Shown piece after piece: positions 28,055-38,247 of a DNA stretch of 64,000 nucleotides. This stretch comes from Candidatus Woesebacteria bacterium (lineage in GTDB: Bacteria; Patescibacteriota; Microgenomatia; UBA8517). The notes under the pieces are model-generated. The model searched no databases. It was not told the origin of the DNA and saw only the letters and a list, made by a program, of their open reading frames with translations. Position 1 is the stretch's first letter. Each line of letters begins with the position of its first letter. The stretch covers positions 401,833 to 465,832 of the forward strand of contig CP055308.1 of assembly GCA_013374855.1 (NCBI GenBank). The letters run 5' to 3'. A program made the translations under genes and the position numbers.

Positions 28055-28850
28055 ATATTTCCAGGTTTTCAAGCTGTCTTTGATATCAGAATTTGCCTAC
28101 CGTTTTAATTTTATTTTGTGGAGATTCAGAAATGTTATTCAAATTCTTGTTGTCTTTTTCTTTTGGAACAGTGTCTTTAGTGGGCAAAACGAAGCAGTGT
28201 TTGGCTACAACAGAGAAAAGATCTTAACTTATGTTTTTGGAATTCTTGTCCTTCGCTCAATTGTTCTTTCCTCGCGAGCTGTGGATGTTGCAGGTGAAAT
28301 ATCAAGTGGTAACCTAACCAACTTTCTAATTAAGCCACTGGGTTATTTTAGGTATTGGTTTACAAGAGATGTTGCAAGTAAAGTCCTAAATTTAGGATTT
28401 TCGGTCCTCGAGATCGCACTTCTCTATTTCTTAATCAAACCGCCGATTTATGTTCAATCTGATTTCTTGACGATTGTTGGCTTTTTAATATCTTTATCTA
28501 TTGCAGTCGTTTTGTTTTTTCTTGTCTTGTTTCTTGTTAACAGTGTTTCTTTTTGGATGCCTGAGAATGCTTGGGCGGCTCAATTTTTGTTTATAGTGAT
28601 AATATTGGAGTTTTTCTCGGGAGGCATTTTCCCTTTAGATGTTCTACCTTCCTCTCTTGTTTCTTTATTTTCCTATCTGCCTTTTTATTATCTTTTGTTT
28701 TTTCCTTTACAGGTTTATCTTGGAAAAGTTAGTTATATTTTGATGTTTAAGGGTATTTTTATTTCTTTGCTTTGGTTATTAATTCTCTGGTTTTGCCTTT
28801 CGAAAGTCTGGAAGATGGGAGTGAGGGAATATAGTGCAGAAGGAAGATGA
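28047..28850 (+). CDS. ABC-2 family transporter permease
   Basis: 267-aa polytopic membrane protein overlapping the ATPase stop; six hydrophobic segments. Confidence 0.7.
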   Translation: MHKYFQVFKLSLISEFAYRFNFILWRFRNVIQILVVFFFWNSVFSGQNEAVFGYNREKILTYVFGILVLRSIVLSSRAVDVAGEISSGNLTNFLIKPLGYFRYWFTRDVASKVLNLGFSVLEIALLYFLIKPPIYVQSDFLTIVGFLISLSIAVVLFFLVLFLVNSVSFWMPENAWAAQFLFIVIILEFFSGGIFPLDVLPSSLVSLFSYLPFYYLLFFPLQVYLGKVSYILMFKGIFISLLWLLILWFCLSKVWKMGVREYSAEGR

Positions 28851-29638
28851 TTAAGAGAATTAAAAGATGTTTTAGAATTTGGCTTATATTAGGGAAGATG
28901 TCGCTTTCCTTGCATCTTATGAGGAGATTTGGTTTTGTGGTTTTCTTTTTAGGCAAGATGTTTAGGTTTTTCTTTTTTGTCTTGTTCTTGTTTTTTATCT
29001 TCAAAAGAACAGGAGGTGTTGCTTCTTATTCTGCTAGTCAGGCAATATTTTTCTTTGTAGTCTTTCATTTTATAAGTAGCCTTTCTCAGATGTTTTTCCG
29101 TGGCATCTACACATTTCGTCAGCAGGTTGTTTCTGGCGGTTTTGATCTGATTTTAAGCAAGCCTTTAAGTGCTCTTTTTAGGGTAGTCTTTGGAAGTTTT
29201 GATTTTATAGATTTAGTTACTTTACCATTTTTTGTTTTTGCGCTTTATTCCAGTGGCAGTCTTCTTTCTCCTTCTCTTTTGGATATCACCTTTTTTCTGG
29301 CCCTTTTGATAAATAGCCTGGTTCTCTCTTTTTCTTTTAGTGTTCTAGTTGTTTCTTTGAGCCTTATTACATTAGAGGTAGACCATATTGTTATGATCTA
29401 TAGGGATTTGGAGACAATGGCCCGTTTCCCAGTTGATATTTATGGCAAGGGGATTGGAACAATTTTGACTTATGTCATTCCCCTTGGAATTATGATTACT
29501 TTTCCAGCTAAGGCTTTTATGGGTATTTTAGATATAAAGTTTGTTGTTTTATCCTTCGTCTTTGGTTTGTCATCTTTATTTTTATCCTTGAAGTTTTGGC
29601 GTTTCGCTCTGAAAAAATATGCCAGCGCCTCAAGTTAA
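28847..29638 (+). CDS. ABC-2 family transporter permease (second membrane subunit)
   Basis: 263-aa polytopic membrane protein translationally coupled to the preceding permease. Confidence 0.65.
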   Translation: MIKRIKRCFRIWLILGKMSLSLHLMRRFGFVVFFLGKMFRFFFFVLFLFFIFKRTGGVASYSASQAIFFFVVFHFISSLSQMFFRGIYTFRQQVVSGGFDLILSKPLSALFRVVFGSFDFIDLVTLPFFVFALYSSGSLLSPSLLDITFFLALLINSLVLSFSFSVLVVSLSLITLEVDHIVMIYRDLETMARFPVDIYGKGIGTILTYVIPLGIMITFPAKAFMGILDIKFVVLSFVFGLSSLFLSLKFWRFALKKYASASS

Positions 29639-30644
29639 AAATAAAAAAGTCTTGGTGATTTGTGGGCCTACAGCAACAGGTAAGACAAAACTTGCGGTTC
29701 ATTTGATTAAATCACTGTTTAAATCTGCTGGTGATTATCTGGCGGACATTATCTCTGTTGATTCGCGGCAGGTTTTTAGAAGAATGGATATAGGAACAGG
29801 TAAAGATCTACCTTCTGGTTCAAAGTTAATGTTCCCTGATTCTTATTTTGAAAAGATGGGGATTGGTTTTTATCTTATAGAAGGCGTGCGTGTTTGGGGT
29901 TATGATTTAGCGGAACCTGACGAAGAATTTAGTGTTTCCTCTTACTTAAATAAGGTAAAGTTAATTATTAAATTTATTTTAGGTCGAAAGAAAATGCCTG
30001 TTTTGGTTGGAGGGAGCGGGCTTTATTTGAAATCTTTGATAGACGGTATTGAAACAATAGTTATCCCTAAAAATGAGATATTAAGAGAGCGTCTTTCATC
30101 TTTATCAATTAGAGAGCTTTTTGATAGGCTTGTAAAAATTAATCCTAAGAAAGCCGCCTCTTTAAATTTATCAGACAGAAATAATCCTAGAAGATTGATT
30201 AGGGCTATAGAAATTAGTCAATGGTTGCTCAATAATAATAAAAGCTTGGATGATTTAAAGGTGGGATTGTTTAACGGTAGCACAGAATTTCTTTTTATTG
30301 GATTATTTGCGCCTAAAGAAAAATTGTCTGGTTTAATTGAAAAAAGAGTTTTAGAAAGATGGAATAGTGGTTTTAAAGAGGAAGTGTTAAATCTTTTGAG
30401 GAATGGTGTTCCTTGGTCTTGTCAATCCATGAGTAGTATTGGTTATAAAAATATAAGGGATTTACTAGAAGGAATAAAGAATGAACAGCAATTTTTACTG
30501 GAATGGATAAGTGATGAGATATCTTATGCAAAAAGGCAAATGACTTGGTTTAAGAAAGACAAACGAATAAAGTGGTTTAATGTGTCAGAAAATTTTTTTA
30601 AGGAAGTGGAAGAAGAGGTCTTAAAATGGTATTATAAGAGTTAA
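29619..30644 (+). CDS. miaA: tRNA dimethylallyltransferase
   Basis: P-loop ICGPTATGKTKLAV and ISVDSRQVFRRMDIGTGK, which match the MiaA N-terminus. Confidence 0.88.
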   Translation: MPAPQVKNKKVLVICGPTATGKTKLAVHLIKSLFKSAGDYLADIISVDSRQVFRRMDIGTGKDLPSGSKLMFPDSYFEKMGIGFYLIEGVRVWGYDLAEPDEEFSVSSYLNKVKLIIKFILGRKKMPVLVGGSGLYLKSLIDGIETIVIPKNEILRERLSSLSIRELFDRLVKINPKKAASLNLSDRNNPRRLIRAIEISQWLLNNNKSLDDLKVGLFNGSTEFLFIGLFAPKEKLSGLIEKRVLERWNSGFKEEVLNLLRNGVPWSCQSMSSIGYKNIRDLLEGIKNEQQFLLEWISDEISYAKRQMTWFKKDKRIKWFNVSENFFKEVEEEVLKWYYKS

Positions 30645-30648
30645 TCTT

Positions 30649-31620
30649 ATGAGTCAAAAGGTAGAAATATCTCACAGAACGATTATTTTTACTGTTTTAT
30701 TTGTTATTTTTTTGTGGTTTATTTATTTTATTCGCGATATTATTTTATTCTTTTTTGTATCTCTTCTTTTGATGATAATCTTAAATCCTTTTGTTAATGG
30801 TTTATCACGTTTCAAATTACCAAGAGTTATTTCGATTGCAATAATTTACTTAACTCTTATTGGATTTTTAATTCTTCTTGTTTCGTCTTTTACTCCTTTG
30901 ATTATTGATCAATCAAGCAAGCTTATATCTCTTTTCCCTTCTTTGATTGAAAATATGGGGCTTGTCCCAGTTATAGGCGATTCTGTGATAGCGGAGTTCA
31001 CAAGACATCTGGGTAATTTTTCGGAAGCAGTTGTAAAATTTACCTTTTCAGCTTTTTCTAATATTCTTTCAGTTGTTGCAGTTTTGGTTCTTGCTTTTTA
31101 TCTTCTGCTTGATAGAGAAAAGATAGAAAACGGAGTGGATGGAGTTTTGGGTAAAGAATGGAGAAGAAAGATAAAGTTATTTCTTGATCTTTGGGAGAAA
31201 GAATTAGGTGGTTGGTTGAGGGGGCAACTTCTTTTAATGCTTTCTGTGGGCATTTTAACTTTTATTGGACTTATTGTTTTAAGGATACCTTTTTCATTAC
31301 CTCTTGCCTTGCTAGCTGGAATTTTGGAAATAGTTCCAATTATTGGTCCTTTACTTTCTGCTATTCCTGCTGTAATTGTTGGTTTTAATATTTCACCTTT
31401 ATTAGGAGTTTTCGTTGCTATTTTGTACTTTATTGTTCAACAGCTAGAAAACCATTTGCTTGCTCCGAAAATTATGCAAAAGTCTACAGGAATAAATCCT
31501 GTTATTGTAATTCTATCTTTAACTGTTGGTTTGAAAATAGCGGGTTTTATTGGAGTACTTTTGGCAATTCCTGTTTATCTTACTTTGAGGATTGCTATTC
31601 GTGTTTTTCTTGCGCGTTAG
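30649..31620 (+). CDS. AI-2E family (PerM/UPF0118-like) transporter
   Basis: 323 aa, about 7-8 TM segments, hydrophobic N-terminus then internal soluble loop then Gly/Pro-rich C-terminal TM bundle typical of the AI-2E family. Confidence 0.5.
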   Translation: MSQKVEISHRTIIFTVLFVIFLWFIYFIRDIILFFFVSLLLMIILNPFVNGLSRFKLPRVISIAIIYLTLIGFLILLVSSFTPLIIDQSSKLISLFPSLIENMGLVPVIGDSVIAEFTRHLGNFSEAVVKFTFSAFSNILSVVAVLVLAFYLLLDREKIENGVDGVLGKEWRRKIKLFLDLWEKELGGWLRGQLLLMLSVGILTFIGLIVLRIPFSLPLALLAGILEIVPIIGPLLSAIPAVIVGFNISPLLGVFVAILYFIVQQLENHLLAPKIMQKSTGINPVIVILSLTVGLKIAGFIGVLLAIPVYLTLRIAIRVFLAR

Positions 31621-31665
31621 AAGCTGGTTTGATTGAATAAATCTTTCTTTTTTGGTAAGATTTAG

Positions 31666-31975
31666 TTGCTCTGGAGGAGGAGCAGTCGCCCTTTTTGGGA
31701 GGAAAGTCCGGACAGCTGAAAGGCAAGATGCGCCGCGCAAGCGGTGACCCGTAAGGGCTGGTCCCCCATTTAGGGGGTGTGGGATGAATTGACATCCCGC
31801 AAGAGCAACAGAGACGAGTCTTGTCTTTTCCTAAAGAAAAGATAAGGGTGAAACGGGCAATCCCCTCTGCTGCAACCTGCGATCTGGGCAATTGAGGTGC
31901 CTTTCCCAAGCCCTAAGGCAGGGCGTAGATAGATGACTGCTTAGAAACAGAATCCGGCTTACTATTCTCCAGAGT
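31666..31975 (+). ncRNA. rnpB: RNase P RNA (bacterial type A)
   Basis: P4 strands GGAGGAAAGUCCGGAC ... ACAGAAUCCGGCUUA, AGGGUGAAACGG (P10/11 region), P1 pairing cucuggag/cuccagag; sits in an otherwise non-coding 440-nt gap; minus-strand ORFs here are spurious. Confidence 0.9.
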
Positions 31976-32003
31976 AAAACCCACCGCAAAGGTGGGTTTT
32001 TTC
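31976..32003 (+). terminator. rho-independent terminator after rnpB
   Basis: aaacccacc-gcaaa-ggtgggttt followed by TTTT. Confidence 0.8.
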
Positions 32004-32058
32004 TGCTTGACTAATATTTATTTTTTCTTCAACATAAAACTGGGATTTATAAAATTAT

Positions 32059-33588
32059 ATGCTTTCTAAAATAGTTTCTGGAGCTACAATTGGCCTTGAT
32101 GGATGTTTGGTAGAGGTGGAAGTTGATGCGTCTGGTGAAGGTTTGCCATCTTTTAATATTGTAGGTCTTCCGGATAAGGCAGTTGAGGAATCAAAAGAAA
32201 GAGTACGCTCGGCTTTAAAAAATTCTGGGGCTAATTTTCCAGATGGTAGAGTTACTGTAAATTTAGCACCTGCAGATCTTCCTAAAGTTGGTCCTGTTTA
32301 TGATTTGCCTATTGCAGTTGGGATTTTGGTGGCGTCAAAGCAAATTCCTCCACCTGATTTATCATCTTTGTTTTTTGGCGAACTTTCTCTTGATGGTTCT
32401 TTGCGTCATACAAATGGTGTTTTACCAATAGTTTATTTGGCTAAGGAGAGGAAAATTAAAAGAGTTTTTATTCCAAGTGATAATGAAAAAGAAGCTTCTG
32501 TTGTAAGTGGGATATTGGTTTTTCCTGTAAAATCGCTTATTGAATTGGTAAGGTTTTTTTTAGGTACATATGAAATACAACCTTTATCCCATGTTAGTTT
32601 AGAGAGTCTTCTAAAAACTGCACAGGCTGATTTTGATTTTTCAGAGATTATAGGACAGGAACAAGCTAAAAGGGCTATGGAGGTTGCAGCAGCGGGATCG
32701 CATAACATTTTTATGAGAGGGACACCCGGCTCTGGTAAAACAATGCTTGCAAGAGCTTTACCTGGAATTTTACCTATTTTAACTGAAGAAGAAGCGCTTG
32801 AGGTGACTAAGATTTATTCTATAACTGGTAATTTAACTTCTTCACAATCTATTGTTACCACCCGCCCCTTTAGAAGCCCACATCATACTACGAGTAGAAT
32901 AGGTTTAATTGGTGGGGGGTCTAACTTGATCCCGGGCGAGGTTTCATTGGCTCATAGAGGGGTCTTATTTTTGGATGAGTTTCCGGAATTTCCAAGAAGT
33001 GTTTTGGAAAGTCTTCGCCAGCCTTTGGAGGATGGAAAGGTAACAATATCGCGTGCCAAAGGGAGCGTGACATATCCTGCTAATTTTCTTCTTGTTGCTG
33101 CCTCAAACCCTTGTCCTTGCGGATACTATGGAGATCCCAAAAAGCCTTGCAGGTGTCTTCCGGGACAGATTGCTCGTTATCAGAAAAGAATTTCAGGGCC
33201 AATCTTGGATAGGATTGACATTCACATAGAAGTCCCGTCAGTTGACACGCAAAAATTAATTGGTGAATCGCAGATAAAATCTGAAAGTTCAGAGGTAATT
33301 CAAAAAAGAGTCCAATTGGCAAGGGAGAGGCAACTCAAACGTTTTATTGGGACAAAAATTAAATCAAATTCTGAAATGGGAACAAGGGATGTTAAAAAAT
33401 ATTGCCCTCTAGCACCTGAATGTCGCACAATATTAAGAAGCGCCATTGTTAATTTAGGTCTTTCTGCAAGAGCTTATTTTAAGGTAATTAAAGTTGCAAG
33501 AACAATTGCTGATTTGGCTGGTAAAGATGTTATTGACACTGTATGTATTGCAGAAGCTCTTCAATATAGACTGCGTGATGAGAATTAG
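32059..33588 (+). CDS. comM: Mg-chelatase-like AAA+ ATPase YifB/ComM
   Basis: N-terminal Lon-like domain MLSKIVSGATIGLDGCLVEVEVD; Walker A GTPGSGKTMLA; Walker B VLFLDEFPEF; zinc-ribbon-like PCPCGYYGDPKKPCRC; C-terminal Mg-chelatase domain. Confidence 0.9.
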   Translation: MLSKIVSGATIGLDGCLVEVEVDASGEGLPSFNIVGLPDKAVEESKERVRSALKNSGANFPDGRVTVNLAPADLPKVGPVYDLPIAVGILVASKQIPPPDLSSLFFGELSLDGSLRHTNGVLPIVYLAKERKIKRVFIPSDNEKEASVVSGILVFPVKSLIELVRFFLGTYEIQPLSHVSLESLLKTAQADFDFSEIIGQEQAKRAMEVAAAGSHNIFMRGTPGSGKTMLARALPGILPILTEEEALEVTKIYSITGNLTSSQSIVTTRPFRSPHHTTSRIGLIGGGSNLIPGEVSLAHRGVLFLDEFPEFPRSVLESLRQPLEDGKVTISRAKGSVTYPANFLLVAASNPCPCGYYGDPKKPCRCLPGQIARYQKRISGPILDRIDIHIEVPSVDTQKLIGESQIKSESSEVIQKRVQLARERQLKRFIGTKIKSNSEMGTRDVKKYCPLAPECRTILRSAIVNLGLSARAYFKVIKVARTIADLAGKDVIDTVCIAEALQYRLRDEN

Positions 33589-33597
33589 TTTTACTTC

Positions 33598-33981
33598 TTG
33601 AAATTGTTACCTCTGACTGGTATTTTTTCAGAAATTATGTCCTGTGAGCAGCCAAAGGTTTTGAGTAAAGAAGATGCCTCTAAAATAAGAAATTGGGGTG
33701 AGAGGATTTTTGCTCTTGCTTGTCTGGAAAAAAGTTGTCTGGAAGTTGAATATCAGATACCTGTTAATGGAAAAACTTGTTCGGTTATAGATTTTAGGGT
33801 AACAAATATAAAAAGTGGTCGTTCTCGTCTTGTGGAGGTAACCGAGACTCCTCGTGATAAGGTTTTTGACTCCGAGAGAAAGGAGAGGCAAGTTAGGAAT
33901 TTGAAACAGAATGGCGAACCGTTTACTGTCTTAACTTTGGAAAATTTGGCTTCTATAGTAAAACATCTTTCCTTGGAGTAA
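33598..33981 (+). CDS. hypothetical protein (possible small nuclease-like fold, unverified)
   Basis: 127-aa ORF directly after comM; ...CSVIDFRV...RLVEVTETPRDK... gives a weak D...E.K pattern. Confidence 0.3.
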   Translation: MKLLPLTGIFSEIMSCEQPKVLSKEDASKIRNWGERIFALACLEKSCLEVEYQIPVNGKTCSVIDFRVTNIKSGRSRLVEVTETPRDKVFDSERKERQVRNLKQNGEPFTVLTLENLASIVKHLSLE

Positions 33982-34397
33982 TTTCTTTTGTTTTAATGTA
34001 TAAATACATTAAAAAAAGCAATAATAGTTTTTCGAAGAGCCAAAAAGAAGAGATAGTGACATTGAATTATACCCCTCTAATTTTTATTAGAACTCTTTTT
34101 CCCCTTTGTTCGTTGAATTTGTTGTAGAAAATTGCCCCAATAGTCAAGTTCAGGACTTTCTTTTGTTATTGCCGTAATTGTTTCCCTTCCCCTTATTGTT
34201 TTTCTGAGATGATCATCGTTATTGTCCTTTCCTGTTAGCTTGTGTTTATAAAAGAATGGGTTATAAGTAGTTATTTTTTCAAGCCAATTTTTGAAGTTTT
34301 TCTTGGTCCTACTTATTCATTGTCTATAAAGATAGAAGATATAGTATATACATAGAGTTTACTCAACATATTCCCTCTTTGATTTTGCTATAGAGTT

Positions 34398-35267
34398 ATG
34401 GTTTGTTATAATACCTTGATGTTGGAGCGTGATTGCCAGAAGGGTAATGAGACTTTAACCAGAAGAGGTTTTTTAAAATTATCGATTTTATTTTCAATAT
34501 CTAGTTTTTTCTATCCCTTTAAAGGAATATCTTTGGAACAAAGAGAATTACCTGTTACTCTTACCCCAAAGTCGTTAATGCTGCATAGTGCTAATGAGCC
34601 ATTGGTTGAGGGTTTGGCGAAAAGATTAAAGGAATTGAACTATCGATCCTTAACTTACAGTGAAATGTTTGAAAATATTAGGAATGGAGGGTGTATAGAT
34701 GGGAAGCATATTTTGCTTTCCTTGGATGATTTAAGTATAGAGTGGCTTAATCCTGCTTATAGTAGGATTGTGGATACATTTGCTGGATTCGGTTTTAACT
34801 TGACTTTAGGTGTTGTTACTCGTGGCAAACCTAGCGAAAAAGCTATTCAAGGTATTTATAAAATGATAGGAAAAGGGTGTGAAATAGCAGTGCACACAGA
34901 AAATCATATTGATTTAGGTTCAGCTGATTTAAAGACAGTTTTTAGAGAGATATCAACATGTTATGGAAAAATAATCAGATTTTTTGATGTAGTTCCTAGT
35001 ACTTTAATTTTGCCCTTTGGGTTTATATATATAGATTCTAAAGATCCTAATAAAGGGTACAACCAAGCGATTTTTGATGTTTGTAAAGAGTTGAAAATAA
35101 ATTGGGTTGTTGGAATAGTGGGTGGTAAGAGTTTTGGTGGTAAGTCTCCTTTTTATGTTGGAAGGATATCTCCCGATGGAAAGCATAATGTAGATGCAAC
35201 TTTGAATCTGCTTAATAATTCATTTAGAGGTGTTAGAAGTAGTTGTAATAATAAACTAGTCCCCTAA
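34398..35267 (+). CDS. Tat-signal extracytoplasmic protein, polysaccharide deacetylase (CE4/NodB)-like
   Basis: Twin-arginine motif TRRGFLKLS plus hydrophobic stretch; HILLSLDD (TFDD-like motif 1) and HTENH (H-S/T-x-x-H motif 2). Confidence 0.45.
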   Translation: MVCYNTLMLERDCQKGNETLTRRGFLKLSILFSISSFFYPFKGISLEQRELPVTLTPKSLMLHSANEPLVEGLAKRLKELNYRSLTYSEMFENIRNGGCIDGKHILLSLDDLSIEWLNPAYSRIVDTFAGFGFNLTLGVVTRGKPSEKAIQGIYKMIGKGCEIAVHTENHIDLGSADLKTVFREISTCYGKIIRFFDVVPSTLILPFGFIYIDSKDPNKGYNQAIFDVCKELKINWVVGIVGGKSFGGKSPFYVGRISPDGKHNVDATLNLLNNSFRGVRSSCNNKLVP

Positions 35268-36016
35268 GTTTTGTTTTGTATGATAAGCTAGAAAGATGAA
35301 GAAATTTTTATTATTTTTGTTTTTGTCCTGTTTTTACTTGTATGAACATTGTTTCTTGTGGAATGTTATTTTGGAGTAGTGCCTTATATTTCTTCTATTT
35401 TTGGATCTGATAAACCGAGAAATTTAGGGGTTTACTATACTGTGGATAGATTTTGGTTCTTATATCAGAAAAGCTAATTATAAGATAGAAAGAGCAAGTG
35501 AGGCAACTTCTCCTTTGGGTGTTGATTTTTCAGGACAGATTTAATTAGATTAAACTTTTACAAAAGAGGAAGTCTCAGCTCGTTTGAATTATACTCCCCG
35601 GAGGTATATGCCTATCAAAAATATTAAGTTAATTTTTCTGTGGAAGATGAAGTTGAATTTTCTGCCAATTTGATTGTAGGTAAACTTCCTTCGTTCTTGG
35701 CGGCTGTTGGTTTTGATAAGGTAAGCAAAGAGGATATAAATAAAGGTTGGGGTTATCTTAAGTATATTTCGAACTCTCCTGTTTATGCCAGAACAAAGGT
35801 GGAAGTATGTTGATATTAAACTTATGTATACACTTCATGATTTGTCAAGAGATGAGAGATCACGATTGTGAATTGTTAAGTTTGATAGACATGCTCTTTC
35901 TTCTCAGAAATTATTAGAAATTATTTTATGCTGAGGTATTGTTGGTAAATTTCTCTGGCAGCTACCCGGAGGCGTTTTAGACTGGTATTGACTTAACGGT
36001 ACCATTTTTTTATATT

Positions 36017-36994
36017 ATGTATATAGTGATAAATATGGAAAATCAACTTAATATTGATAATCAAAATAATTGGCAAGTAGATCAAGGATCAATAAGTCAA
36101 AATATACAAACTCCACCAAAAACAAAAATCAATTATTGGATAATTACTAGTATAATTTTCGCAATCTTATTTTTGGGAACAGCCACTTTATATTTGTTCA
36201 ACTTACAAACGAAAAAAGGAAAAGAGAATTTTCAAAATCAGCAGGTTAGCGAATCTACAGAGTTTTTCCAGCCTACTTCAGTACCGACACTTTTACCAGT
36301 AGAACCAAGCAACCAAGAATTTCCAATATTACTTGATAGTAAAGAAAAATTAGCGTCAGACTTAGATTTAAACTTACTAAATGGTAATTTTGTATCTATT
36401 CCCGAAACTGACTTAGAAGTAAAGATACCACTGACTTATAATTTGCAAAAAAACACAAGAGATGTATTTCTAGGAACAATTCCAGTTTTAAGTTATAGAA
36501 AAGAAATTCCCAAACTAGTGCAAGACGTTTATGAATGTGGCCAGATAGGGAGTAGTTTGGAATTGAGACCTTATATAAACGAAGAATATTGCAAACCAAT
36601 ACTTGCCAAATACGGAACTTATTCTGATAAGTACAGTAATTATGTAATGCAAGGAGTAAACACATTTTTTGTTCATGTTGTTACTACTTCCCTTACTCCA
36701 CAGCAATGGGTGGCGCAGAATGTTTCCTATGAAGGGGAAAAATGGAACAAGAGTATGGGAACAGGAAGAGATATAAAGATAAATAATCTTTCGTTTTTTT
36801 CCGTAAATGTTGCATGCTGTGGTGGTTATGAACAAGTATATTTATATCCTTATAATTCTCTAGATAATCAAAAAATTATTTTGCTTTTTGCCACCAACAA
36901 TCGCTATGGATCAGAAAGTACAGTAGAAGAAGTACAGTTAGATAGAAATATTGTTCTTGATAGAATACTTTCCACACTAAGAAAAAAACAGTAA
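36017..36994 (+). CDS. membrane-anchored hypothetical protein (Asn/Gln-rich N-terminus, one TM, extracytoplasmic domain)
   Basis: TM YWIITSIIFAILFLGTATLYLF; no motif recognised. Confidence 0.4.
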   Translation: MYIVINMENQLNIDNQNNWQVDQGSISQNIQTPPKTKINYWIITSIIFAILFLGTATLYLFNLQTKKGKENFQNQQVSESTEFFQPTSVPTLLPVEPSNQEFPILLDSKEKLASDLDLNLLNGNFVSIPETDLEVKIPLTYNLQKNTRDVFLGTIPVLSYRKEIPKLVQDVYECGQIGSSLELRPYINEEYCKPILAKYGTYSDKYSNYVMQGVNTFFVHVVTTSLTPQQWVAQNVSYEGEKWNKSMGTGRDIKINNLSFFSVNVACCGGYEQVYLYPYNSLDNQKIILLFATNNRYGSESTVEEVQLDRNIVLDRILSTLRKKQ

Positions 36995-37186
36995 TCAGCA
37001 TGGACAAAGTCTGGTGTGCTAGCTTTTATGAGAAAAGAGCAGAAACAGCTCCAAGAACTTCCTAAGCATTCTCCCGGATCGGTAAAGACTTCCAAGAATT
37101 AATTTTTTCTTCAAAGATGTATTTTAAGGGGGTATCTCTAACAAAAGGTGAACTATTGATAGAATAAATTTGCTAAAATTTAAAGA

Positions 37187-37636
37187 ATGAAGATTGTAGT
37201 CCAAAGAGTAAGTAAAGCTTTGGTAAAAACGGAAAGCAAAATAGTAGGAAAAATAGACGATGGTCTTTTTGTTTTAGTTGGGGTTTTTGAAGATGATTCA
37301 GAAGAAGATGCTTTGTATTTAGCAGACAAGCTTTCAAAGTTGCGTATTATGGCTGATAATAAGGGAAAAATGAATCTTTCGGTTTCTAATGTTAATGCCA
37401 AGATTCTGGTAGTTTCTCAGTTTACTTTGTGTGCAGATACAACCGCTGGAAATCGTCCATCTTTTGTAAGAGCAGCAGCTCCTGATAAGGCTTTTGTTTT
37501 ATATAATCTTTTTGTAGAAAGACTAAATAAATTGGGATTGGTTGTAGAAACAGGCAGTTTTGGCAATTATATGCAGATAGAAAACCATCTTGACGGCCCC
37601 GTGACTATAGTTCTTGATTCAAAGGACAGAAAATGA
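37187..37636 (+). CDS. dtd: D-aminoacyl-tRNA deacylase
   Basis: MKIVVQRV..., SQFTL motif, NDGPVT-like HLDGPVTIVLDS C-terminus. Confidence 0.9.
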   Translation: MKIVVQRVSKALVKTESKIVGKIDDGLFVLVGVFEDDSEEDALYLADKLSKLRIMADNKGKMNLSVSNVNAKILVVSQFTLCADTTAGNRPSFVRAAAPDKAFVLYNLFVERLNKLGLVVETGSFGNYMQIENHLDGPVTIVLDSKDRK

Positions 37637-38247
37637 AAATCAACTGGAGAATAATTTTTGAAGTCTTTTATAATATTTTTACTGTTTTTTTGATTGTATT
37701 TTTAATTGTTCTTGCTTATTTTCTTGGTTTTAAGTCGGGAGAGATTTTTGGTGCTAATAAGTTGAGAGAACAGTTTGTTCGTTTAGAAGAGAATGTTAGT
37801 TCTAAGGAGATAGCAAGGCAAACCCCTACCCCGTTGAGTGTGAAGACTCCTGTGCCGACTGCTAGACCCAGAATTATAAACTGGACAGGACCCCAGCTTT
37901 GGGAAGAAGTTAACAAAGCAAGAGTGGCACATGGAGTTGGTCCTCTAAAACAAAAGGATGAGCTATGCACTATTGCTTCGATCAGGTTAAACGAACTTTT
38001 GGAATTGGGAAAACTTGATGGACACGAAGGTTTCTCTACACTTCCCGAAAGAAGACCGGATTTGAAGTGGATTTATGAACAATACACAATCGCTGAATTT
38101 TTGATAGCTGGAGCGACTTCTGCAAAAGATGCAGTTGACAGCTGGCTTGATACTTTAGGACACAGCAAGCTTTTAACTGGGGGTGAGTATGTTTGGGGTT
38201 GCACTTACGCTCAGAATGGTTTTGGGGTGGCAATTGCTGCTTATTGA
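37633..38247 (+). CDS. membrane-anchored CAP/SCP (YkwD-like) domain protein
   Basis: N-terminal TM; WEEVNKARVAHGVGPL ... DSWLDTLGHSKLL ... GFGVAI pattern parallels bacterial YkwD/CAP proteins. Confidence 0.55.
   Translation: MKINWRIIFEVFYNIFTVFLIVFLIVLAYFLGFKSGEIFGANKLREQFVRLEENVSSKEIARQTPTPLSVKTPVPTARPRIINWTGPQLWEEVNKARVAHGVGPLKQKDELCTIASIRLNELLELGKLDGHEGFSTLPERRPDLKWIYEQYTIAEFLIAGATSAKDAVDSWLDTLGHSKLLTGGEYVWGCTYAQNGFGVAIAAY

Noticed and set aside
31519-31909. Minus-strand ORFs 31519-31740 and 31595-31909
   Set aside because: They lie inside the RNase P RNA gene, and the P4 and other conserved RNA motifs explain the region
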